A program made the position numbers and the translations under genes. Below the pieces are notes generated by a model. The model saw only the letters and a list, made by a program, of their open reading frames with translations. It made no database searches and had not been told where the DNA came from. A DNA stretch of 64,000 bases from Neoechinorhynchus agilis (Eukaryota > Animalia > Acanthocephala), in contig CM121342.1 of NCBI GenBank assembly GCA_051530055.1, positions 4,029,489-4,093,488 on the forward strand. Reading direction: 5' to 3'. Positions 51,893 to 61,979 of the stretch are shown in pieces. Position 1 is the stretch's first letter. The number at the start of each line of letters is the position of its first letter.

Positions 51893-52349
51893 TTTTTTTA
51901 CAAAGTCGTGGCGGTTCGTTTAGACAGCAGTTTAAAAAAACCCAACCCCAATGCATTTAGTCATCTATCCAACGATGAAGTCTTAGTACACGAGACGTCC
52001 TTAAAGACTTGGTCATGCTTATTTTGTAGTTTGTCTTTGAGTCGCAAGGATTCAATAAATCACTGCTTTTCAGTACTTTAAAAACTTTAAACCAAAATGA
52101 TTGACGAAAATTAATCATGTTGGATTTGTTTCGAAATGTGATATATCGAAGAAAATTTAATCTTTTTGCCCAAACATTTTTATAACGTCTGCAAAAAAGA
52201 GACTTGGATACAAACAAGTTTCAGTCCGATTTAACTTTCCACAATACCAAACTAGTAACGTCGAAAAATAGCTCTTTTAAAGATATAAACTTGATTGATT
52301 TAATTGTACCAAATCGCAACCATTCAATGTTTCGTAGAATTTTTTTGTT

Positions 52350-53240
52350 CCATAAAGACCAAGTAATCTTGTAATTGGAATAAAATTAAAAAATTATCAA
52401 CCGCCTTTGCGTGTTCTTAAAATCATTCATAAACTCTGTTTATTTTAGAATTTTTTTAAAGAAACTCACAGTGGGTTTTTAGGCAAAACTTAGTAATCTT
52501 CGTTAAGTTTCCGCAAAATCTTAATTCGAAACGGTTTAAAAAGGTTATCAAAAATAAAATGGACTGTGATTTAATAAAGCCATAGCGTTTCAAATATTTT
52601 TAACGGTAATCAGATAATCAATTGTACAAAAAAAAGAGATCTTAAGTTCTCCATAAAGACCAAGTAATCTTGTAATTGGAATAAAATTAAAAAATTATCA
52701 ACCGCCTTTGCGTGTTCTTAAAATCATTCATAAACTCTGTTTATTTTAGAATTTTTTTAAAGAAACTCACAGTGGGTTTTTAGGCAAAACTTAGTAATCT
52801 TCGTTAAGTTTCCGCAAAATCTTAATTCGAAACGGTTTAAAAAGGTTATCAAAAATAAAATGGACTGTGATTTAATAAAGCCATAGCGTTTCAAATATTT
52901 TTAACGGTAATCAGATAATCAATTGTAAAAAAAAAGAGATCTTAAGTTCTCCATAAAGACCAAGTAATCTTGTAATTGGAATAAAATTAAAAAATTATCA
53001 ACCGCCTTTGCGTGTTCTTAAAATCATTCATAAACTCTGTTTATTTTAGAATTTTTTTAAAGAAACTCACAGTGGGTTTTTAGGCAAAACTTAGTAATCT
53101 TCGTTAAGTTTCCGCAAAATCTTAATTCGAAACGGTTTAAAAAGGTTATCAAAAATAAAATGGACTGTGATTTAATAAAGCCATAGCGTTTCAAATATTT
53201 TTAACGGTAATCAGATAATCAATTGTACAAAAAAAATCTT
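52350..53240. repeat. Tandem array, ~300 bp unit, 3 copies
   Basis: ccataaagaccaagtaatc at ~52350, 52651, 52951. Confidence 0.95.
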
Positions 53241-53719
53241 AAGTTCATAAATAAAGTAATCGTTCATTGTCATCTTCTCGGTTTTCAAATCGATCAATAA
53301 AGTACGAAAATTAAATTTCTAACTGATTTTGAACTCATAAAAATTATTTACACGGTTGACGGTTATAATAATACGTTCATTTGTTAATTAACAAAGAAAA
53401 GGACCAATGTATCTTTGGGTACTCACAAAAACACTCGAATTCGAAGGAGAGATTCTTAGGTTGTGAAGCTGGGTCTCTCCTCCAATTCATTAAGGTTTAA
53501 ATTTTGATGTCCAAACAGATCTTGAACTTTGTTTTTGTGTTGTAGAGTTGGTCGGTTCGTTGATTTTGGTTGGTTGACATTTTCTTGGAATAGGAATAGT
53601 TTAGAACTGAAAGGAATGAGAATTCAACTTTCCCGCAAAAATACAATCATTCCACGATAAAATCGCCTTGTTAAATAGTTTTTATTTTAGCGTTTGTGTA
53701 AATCGACCGGTCGCCTTTA

Positions 53720-54915
53720 TCAGTGTAAATTAAGTTGTCCTATTCGGCTTTTTCCTTTCAGGAACACATCCCATCGATATTTTAGGAACCGAATGAAATC
53801 AGTTAGGCTCTCAAAATCGTACGGCAATGAGTTTTGTACAATTCTCCGGATTCTCAGATACCTCCTCCCGAGGATCCTACACTCATCAGTGAGTTTCCTC
53901 TTCCCTGCAGAACGGTATTTCGTTTCCTTTTGTTGTGAGTCAAAGGCGACGGTGGATTTTGAATCCTTTTGACCCTCAAACCGAAGTCCACTGGACCGCT
54001 TCGACAAAACTACGAAATGTACAAACTCTGCCATCTTTTATACCTTGGGATTAGTGTTGAATTTTGTTGTCTTCTGGGAAGCGGTTTAGGTTTTTCTGTA
54101 GAACATCTTTTACTCGGATTTTTCCTTTTGGGCACACATCCAACCGATATTTTACATAGGGGAACAGAATGAAATCTGTTAGACTTTCAAAAAAAGAATA
54201 GCTCCGGATTCTCAGATCCCTCCTCCCGAGGATCCTACACTCATCAGTGAGTTTCCTCTTCCCTGCAGAACGGTATTTCGTTTCCTTTTGTTGTGAGTCA
54301 AAGGCGACGGTGGATTTTGAATCCTTTTGACCCTCAAACCGAAGTCCACTGGACCGCTTCGACAAAACTACGAAATGTACAAACTCTGCCATCTTTTATA
54401 CCTTGGGATTAGTGTTGAATTTTGTTGTCTTCTGGGAAGCGGTTTAGGTTTTTCTGTAGAACATCTTTTACTCGGATTTTTCCTTTGGGCACACATCCAA
54501 CCGATATTTTACATAGGGGAACAGAATGAAATCTGTTAGACTTTCAAAAAAAGAATAGCTCCGGATTCTCAGATACCTCCTCCCGAGGATCCTACACTCA
54601 TCAGTGAGTTTCCTCTTCCCTGCAGAACGGTATTTCGTTTCCTTTTGTTGTGAGTCAAAGGCGACGGTGGATTTTGAATCCTTTTGACCCTCAAACCGAA
54701 GTCCACTGGACCGCTTCGACAAAACTACGAAATGTACAAACTCTGCCATCTTTTATACCTTGGGATTAGTGTTGAATTTTGTTGTCTTCTGGGAAGCGGG
54801 TTTAAGTGTTTCTCTAGAACATCTTTTACTCGGATTTTTCCTTTTGGGCACACTGTTAATCGATATTTTTGGATAAGGGAACCGAATGAAATCTGTTAGA
54901 CTTTCAAAAAACAAA
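53720..54915. repeat. Tandem array, ~358 bp unit, ~3.3 copies, open frame on the minus strand
   Basis: ORF starts at 54034, 54392 and 54749 (MAEFVHFVV...). Confidence 0.95.
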
Positions 54916-55185
54916 TGTCAATGAGTTTTGTGTGTGTCGAGTTGGCCTAGTCGAAGAAATTTATTAAATCCGATATTTCAACGGCACAATCTCGCCACCT
55001 CACGGAGTTTGCACGTAAATTAAGCTCGAGCCTAAAAATTCTTAAGCCAAAGAACACAATAAAATCTTCAAAAAAAAGTCAGAATTGACAAAGATCTTTG
55101 CATGATTTCAGAGTTGCCTATTTTAAACGATAGTTCTTAGCAGGACTTCCTTAAACTACAAATCAAACTAAAGGCGATTTTATTG

Positions 55186-55512
55186 CTACTTCAAAGATCC
55201 GCCCACTTGTTCCTGATAAACCTCAATACAATCTTCATCGTCCATTCCCAAAGAGCTGGCAGTTTCATCTTCATTGATTCGTTTACCTTCGTACATAAAC
55301 CGAAGAGTTCCTACAGGAATTCCGTAACGTTCGGCATAAGATTTCATGAGTTTACTGAGTACTGTCTGTGATTTTACTTTGAAGTACAACTCGCCTCCTT
55401 CCTGGCTGATCACCTTTATTTTAACATAAGAATCTCCTTCAGCTGCATTCGCTGAGACGTCCGCGGGAGGCTGAGGAACCTGAGGCTCATCTTGCGCTTT
55501 ATCGTTCTCCAT
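55186..55512 (-). CDS. SUMO: SUMO, copy 1, intronless
   Basis: YVKIKVISQEGGELYFKVK..T.LSKLM.SY.ER.G..V..LRF.YEG.RI...ET...LGM.DED.IEVYQEQVGG. Confidence 0.95.
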   Translation of the reverse strand: MENDKAQDEPQVPQPPADVSANAAEGDSYVKIKVISQEGGELYFKVKSQTVLSKLMKSYAERYGIPVGTLRFMYEGKRINEDETASSLGMDDEDCIEVYQEQVGGSLK

Positions 55513-55738
55513 TGGGGTTTTTTGCGTCAAACGCCGCAATGTTTCTCCAAATGGGACGAATAATACGTTTCAAATCGGAAAGAATCGACAATGATGACGT
55601 CATGTTTTCTAGGTGGGTGAATGCATGTCCAAAACAATTCTCAGCGAATTTTTATGTGGCTCACACGGAAGTCTTAGGATTTTCAACACGACGAAATTGA
55701 TCAGTTTAGGCCTTCACCTTCTTGAGTCTGTCTAAAAT

Positions 55739-56680
55739 GCACTCAATTTCACTTATCCGGTGGTATCCTCAGGGAAAAGATTCTCTTCTTATTTAAAATT
55801 GTTTCTTTTTTTAAAGGACAATTTTAGATTAAATCGTCCCCCGGACGCTGACCGCATTTCCTCGTTGGATTGCGAGGCTTATTCTTTGGATCAGGAAAAT
55901 CCTCTCGCGTCGCTCCCCTGTTTCTGCTGCAAGTCGTCTTCCGAGTTGGGCACTAAAGCTTCGTGCCGAAGATCCCAGCGTCCCTTGTGTCTCCACGCCG
56001 AAAGGAAGGAAAATGTAATTTTGTTTCAGCTCATTGTATTTCTCCGCTTTCCTCCTTTCGGCGGCACTCGCTGCTCCTCCCGTCTCCGCTGTCCACGCAT
56101 TTTGCGTCCCAAATTAGACTCTTCCCTTCTTTCCAAGGGAAAACTGTCATACCGTCGGGACGCTTACCATCCGAGCGACAGAGGTGATTGGGCTCCAGGA
56201 TGGTTGGAACGTGGATCGAGTTCAGAGCTCTGCTAATGATCGCGTTGAGCTCTGCGTGCCTTGGGAAACGACCGCTCGATCTCTTGCAGTAGAGTCCATG
56301 TCTCACGAGAATTCAAAACTTGATCAAATATGCGGCTTCGGAAATCAATTATATTATTCACAAATACTTATTTGTATTCTCTTAAATTTTAAACTTGCCC
56401 GAAGACGAACTTACGTCGAAAAACAACCTTACAATTCTCAGAGAAGCCGTAAGACACAGAAAGCTCTCTCGGAAATAAAGATTTTCAACACGTCGAGGTT
56501 CGAAACGTCTTTAATAAAGAATCATTTACCGGGTGTCGACCTAAACAATAATCCCTGATGATTTTCCACGCCGCACATTCGATCGAGTTTTGCATTCTCG
56601 TAAATTTGAAACTTGGTCAATTTTAAATAAGAAGAGAATCTTTTCCCTGAGGATACCACCGGATAAGTGAAATTGAGTGC
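55739..56680. mobile_element. ~940 bp non-autonomous DNA element with ~62 bp TIRs carrying a LINE 3' fragment
   Basis: gcactcaatttcacttatccggtggtatcctcagggaaaagattctcttcttatttaaaatt at 55739 and its reverse complement ending at 56680; no clear TSD. Confidence 0.75.
55829..56306 (-). mobile_element. 3' fragment of an RLE-endonuclease non-LTR retrotransposon (CRE-like), copy 1
   Basis: HGLYC...RH..LN..I.RAL...[22 protein letters not shown]...VET.G...QRISLAIQRGNAVSV.GT*; frameshifted. Confidence 0.85.
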
Positions 56681-56711
56681 GCCGGCCTGCGCTCAATGCC
56701 CCAGGACCGTA

Positions 56712-57726
56712 CGGTTAAGAGTTTGTAAGAATCCCTCCGGATTCTCAGATACCTCCCGGGGAGGCGGGACTCATCAGTGAGTTTCCTCCTCCCTTCAACG
56801 GGGTATTTCGTCCCCTTTGGCTGTGCGTCATTGGTGGTAAAGGATTTTGACTAAAATTGAATGACGATATCATTTTAGAGCTATATTTTCTCACTATTTT
56901 GGTTCTGTCTCTCTTTTTTCGTTCCTTAAAATCATCATTCAATTTTAGTCAATCCCTTCAGTTGTCCGGCTTATTTTTTTAGGCATAAAGCCAAACCAAT
57001 TAAATCAGAGAAGTGATATAACCACATTGTCTCCAATGCACGGTTAAGAGTTTGTAAGAATCCCTCCGGATCCTCAGATACCTCCCGGGGAGGCGGGACT
57101 CATCAGTGAGTTTCCTCCTCCCTTCAACGGGGTATTTCGTCCCCTTTGGCTGTGCGTCATTGGTGGTAAAGGATTTTGACTAAAATTGAATGATGATATC
57201 ATTTTAGAGCTATATTTTCTCACTATTTTGGTTCTGTCTCTCTTTTTTCGTTCCTTAAAATCATCATTCAATTTTAGTCAATCCCTTCAGTTGTCCGGCT
57301 TATTTATTTAGGCATAAAGCCAAACCAATTAAATCAGAGAAGTGATATAACCACATTGTCTCCAATGCACGGTTAAGAGTTTGTAAGAATCCCTCCGGAT
57401 CCTCAGATACCTCCCGAGGAGGCGGGACTCATAGTGAGTTTCCTCCTCCCTTCAACGGGGTATTTCGTCCCCTTTGGTTGTGCGTCATTGGCGGTAACGG
57501 ATTTGACTAAAATTGAATGATGATTTTAACGAAAAAAGAGAGACAGAACCAAATAGTGAGAAAATATAGCTCTAAAATGATATCATCATTCAATTTTAGT
57601 CAATCCTTTACCACCAATGACGCACAGCCAAAGGGGACGAAATACCCGTTGAAGGGAGGAAAACTCACTAATGAGTCCGCCTCCGGGAGTATCTGAGCAT
57701 CCGGAGGGATTGTTAAGAACTTTTAA
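56712..57726. repeat. Tandem array, ~329 bp unit, ~2.5 forward copies plus an inverted partial copy, in the palindrome spacer
   Basis: cggttaagagtttgtaagaatccctccgga at ~56712, 57041, 57370; 57530-57726 is the reverse complement of the unit. Confidence 0.9.
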
Positions 57727-58105
57727 GTATGGGGCTCGGCAGACCGGCACTTCCCAGACCGAAATCGGTGAACTGTGTGTTGTGCCGAAGTTCCGTAAAG
57801 TTTCAAATTTACGAGAATGCAAAACTCGATCGAATGTGCGGCGTGGAAAATCATCAGGGATTATTGTTTAGGTCGACACCCGGTAAATGATTCTTTATTA
57901 AAGACGTTTCGAACCTCGACGTGTTGAAAATCTTTATTTCCGAGAGAGCTTTCTGTGTCTTACGGCTTCTCTGAGAATTGTAAGGTTGTTTTTCGACGTA
58001 AGTTCGTCTTCGGGCAAGTTTAAAATTTAAGAGAATACAAATAAGTATTTGTGAATAATATAATTGATTTCCGAAGCCGCATATTTGATCAAGTTTTGAA
58101 TTCTC

Positions 58106-58583
58106 GTGAGACATGGACTCTACTGCAAGAGATCGAGCGGTCGTTTCCCAAGGCACGCAGAGCTCAACGCGATCATTAGCAGAGCTCTGAACTCGATCCA
58201 CGTTCCAACCATCCTGGAGCCCAATCACCTCTGTCGCTCGGATGGTAAGCGTCCCGACGGTATGACAGTTTTCCCTTGGAAAGAAGGGAAGAGTCTAATT
58301 TGGGACGCAAAATGCGTGGACAGCGGAGACGGGAGGAGCAGCGAGTGCCGCCGAAAGGAGGAAAGCGGAGAAATACAATGAGCTGAAACAAAATTACATT
58401 TTCCTTCCTTTCGGCGTGGAGACACAAGGGACGCTGGGATCTTCGGCACGAAGCTTTAGTGCCCAACTCGGAAGACGACTTGCAGCAGAAACAGGGGAGC
58501 GACGCGAGAGGATTTTCCTGATCCAAAGAATAAGCCTCGCAATCCAACGAGGAAATGCGGTCAGCGTCCGGGGGACGATTTAA
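58106..58583 (+). mobile_element. 3' fragment of the RLE-type non-LTR retrotransposon, copy 2
   Basis: Mirror of 55829-56306. Confidence 0.85.
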
Positions 58584-58899
58584 TCTAAAATTGTCCTTTA
58601 AAAAAAGAAACAATTTTAAATAAGAAGAGAATCTTTTCCCTGAGGATACCACCGGATAAGTGAAATTGAGTGCATTTTAGACAGACTCAAGAAGGTGAAG
58701 GCCTAAACTGATCAATTTCGTCGTGTTGAAAATCCTAAGACTTCCGTGTGAGCCACATAAAAATTCGCTGAGAATTGTTTTGGACATGCGTTCACCCACC
58801 TAGAAAACATGACGTCATCATTGTCGATTCTTTCCGATTTGAAACGTATTATTCGTCCCATTTGGAGAAACATTGCGGCGTTTGACGCAAAAAACCCCA

Positions 58900-59226
58900 A
58901 TGGAGAACGATAAAGCGCAAGATGAGCCTCAGGTTCCTCAGCCTCCCGCGGACGTCTCAGCGAATGCAGCTGAAGGAGATTCTTATGTTAAAATAAAGGT
59001 GATCAGCCAGGAAGGAGGCGAGTTGTACTTCAAAGTAAAATCACAGACAGTACTCAGTAAACTCATGAAATCTTATGCCGAACGTTACGGAATTCCTGTA
59101 GGAACTCTTCGGTTTATGTACGAAGGTAAACGAATCAATGAAGATGAAACTGCCAGCTCTTTGGGAATGGACGATGAAGATTGTATTGAGGTTTATCAGG
59201 AACAAGTGGGCGGATCTTTGAAGTAG
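58900..59226 (+). CDS. SUMO: SUMO, copy 2
   Basis: Identical translation to copy 1. Confidence 0.95.
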   Translation: MENDKAQDEPQVPQPPADVSANAAEGDSYVKIKVISQEGGELYFKVKSQTVLSKLMKSYAERYGIPVGTLRFMYEGKRINEDETASSLGMDDEDCIEVYQEQVGGSLK

Positions 59227-59833
59227 CAATAAAATCGCCTTTAGTTTGATTTGTAGTTTAAGGAAGTCCTGCTAAGAACTATCGTTTAAAATAGGCAACT
59301 CTGAAATCATGCAAAGATCTTTGTCAATTCTGACTTTTTTTTGAAGATTTTATTGTGTTCTTTGGCTTAAGAATTTTTAGGCTCGAGCTTAATTTACATG
59401 CAAACTCCGTGAGGTGGCGATATTGAAATATCGGATAGCTTAATTTCTAAAAAAATACAAATAATATTGGATCTTAAAATACAATCGATGATCAATACGT
59501 TTTGAAAAAAAGGTAATTCGTTTTATAATTGATAAAAGTTTAACAAGGCGTTGATTTGAACACAAAATTTAAATGGAAAAATTAACATTTAAAAAATATT
59601 TTGATTCGAGTAAACAGTAAACAAAATCGTTGTTTTTATGTACACTAACAGAAAAAGTGACATTCAACGATTTTATTAATCATTCGACGATCTCCATTAT
59701 TTCTGGATATGTAAAAATGCTTTATGTGTTGTAGAGAAACTGGTCGATCTTAGGCTGCTTAATTAAAAAAAATTATTGAAAATAATGGACAGAAATTATC
59801 ACTAACTGAAGATGTTTTTATATGACGAAAAAA

Positions 59834-59940
59834 TTAAAAGAATTTATTGATTCAGATATTCCGGCACAATCTCGTGCCTTTATCGAGGTTTCTCGCACGT
59901 TTTTTTGTTCAGAAATATCGGAATCAATAAATTCTTTTAA
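59834..59940. mobile_element. Small hairpin element of the GATATT../AATATC family
   Basis: ttaaaagaatttattgattcagatatt.. / ..aatatcggaatcaataaattcttttaa. Confidence 0.7.
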
Positions 59941-60069
59941 ATTTTCTGCCATATAAAAACATGAGCAATTCAATCTTCAAACATAACCAAAGATACAATC
60001 GAATAAAGTCTCGGTTAATCATATCGAGAGAAAATCCATATTTAAAAAATTGCGAAACAATGATTGAGA

Positions 60070-60540
60070 GAAGGCGACGTTTTCTCTTTTGAAATATTTC
60101 GAAGACCATCTTATTTTGTCCGAAAGAGGAGTGCAGCAAGGAGATCCCCTCGGTCCAATCGCATTCTCCCTAACAGTAAATCCAATAGCGCATTCTCTCC
60201 ATTCCAGCTTCAAAGCTTGGTACTTGGATGACGCTACGCTCGGAGGTGATCCCTCCGTTGTACTGCGCGATTTGGAGACGCTGATTAGGGAGACCTCGAA
60301 GATGGGCATTGAGCTCAATGCTGGAAAATGTGAGCTCCTTGTATTGAATATTGGAGACGCCGCCAGAGACCGTAGCTCCAGGCCTGAAACTCGTGACTCG
60401 GGAACAACTCAGCCTCCTGGGCAGTTGCGTCTTCGATTCAAATGTGGAAGATGAGATCGGCCATATCATACCGAAACTTTCGTTGCTGTGCGATAGGGTG
60501 AGCGCTCTCTCAGCTCACGAAGCCTTGTTTCTGAACGTGC
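60070..60540 (+). mobile_element. Reverse-transcriptase fragment of a non-LTR retrotransposon (CRE-like), frameshifted
   Basis: SERGVQQGDPLGPIAFSL...WYLDDATLGG...GIELNAGKCE, then ..LSLLGS..LCDRVSALSAHEAL. Confidence 0.85.
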
Positions 60541-60947
60541 TTATGCCTTTGCTTCCTTTATTCCTGATTTATCTTAAATCGCATACACTCATGGCGGGAT
60601 CCTTTATCGTTCTTTTTGGGAGACTCTTGGCTAACTCACATACACATCGGAGGCGTTCAGCGGCACTCGAAGGGCCGGAGCCCATGGGCGATCTCAAACC
60701 TGATCCCTACCCTTCCAGCAGCCTCGCAACTCCCTCGTGGAACCCAGCGACCAGTGGATTTTAACTAGCGATCAACCGAGCGCAGCGATGATCAATCACG
60801 AATTAGGTTCAAAAAACTCTAAGAATTTATAAGAGTATCAGTGGGTTTTTTTTGAAAAACGCTTTTAATTAATTTTAACAGAATCGGATTATTTAATTAT
60901 CGTTAAAATTTAATGAAGTAGTATTATGCTGATAATGGTGATTCAGT

Positions 60948-61909
60948 TTAGTGGTAACCTATGAGGAGCCACGGGTATTTCCACTGGTGCTTTCTTGTAC
61001 AATTCTTTGGCTTCCCTTAGAAGTTCCAGATAGATCGATTGAACAGTACTCGCTGCAACTCCGGCCAGTTCGGCCACTTCATCGTGCCGTTTCTTAATTC
61101 CAAATGCAGCAGCCGCCATATAAACACAACCGGACGCTGTACCAGCAGGTCGATGATGTCTAGCGATGCCTAATTTCTCAGCTCCTTTATAGATATGTTG
61201 AGCAAATTGTTGAACGTTTATGGCAGAAAAAATGGATAACCACCTTTAAACACCATTTTCTCTGTACTTTTAAATCAAGAAGAAGACCGCAAATTATTCT
61301 GGTTATAAAGTCTTGTGCTGTTGAAGCCTGAGTGCTTTTTCCTAATAGATCCTGAATAATACGATGACAGTTTCGAATTTCAATAGACGAAGCTTCCGTC
61401 GCTGAACAAATCTGATCAAACGTACGTGAAACTTCTTCGTCCTGGCAAGCAGTGTACATGCATGCGGCCACAATTACACCTCTTCTGGTTCGTCGGAGAG
61501 CAGGAGATCCGTGAACTAGCCGAAAGATGTGCTCTGATTGATCGGCAATCATTCCAGGAAGACAGAGTCGTTCAGTGATGGTTTCAATGTCTCTACGAGC
61601 TTTACGGACACGACTGATTGAACTCAAAAGCTTTCGGTTTGCGTTCGATGTGATGTATTGGTGATGGCAATTGAATGATATGGATCCGATAATCGTACTA
61701 AGGTCGCAGTGATCTCGATAAAAATTGTGAGGTTCACCCACTCGGCTGGCGTCACTCACGGATATATCCGACATTGGAGGAGCTCTCCATTCAGGCGATT
61801 CGTCCACTAATCGTTCTTTAAGAACGATACCACATAGAGGGCAAGTTAATTCACCAGCGTGGATATTCAAGATGGGTTCAATCTCAGGATGTTCCGGACA
61901 CTTGTTCAT
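60948..61909 (-). CDS. GTF2B: TFIIB-like general transcription factor; ORF 61187-61909 plus a frame-shifted 3' exon ending ..HRLPLN*
   Basis: CPEHP..GEL.CP.CG.V...R.VDE..EWR, DASRVG, two cyclin repeats (AACMY.AC....RTF.QI; GCVYMA...KR..EVA..AGVA.STV..IY). Confidence 0.85.
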
Positions 61910-61979
61910 ATTATCTATAAGAAATAGGCCTCCTTTTTAACGACGGGAGTTTTTACGACGATCACCGCAAAAAAAGACG

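Larger units (their letters stand above)
54957..59440. repeat. ~4.5 kb quasi-palindrome: arms ~54968-56614 and ~57798-59437
   Basis: Mirrored ORFs (coordinate sum 114412); only two substitutions noticed. Confidence 0.95.

Noticed and set aside
52350-53240. GT-AG 34-nt intron-like segment in the 300-bp unit, suggesting another exon-derived array
   Set aside because: No open spliced frame could be built, so gene origin is unsupported.
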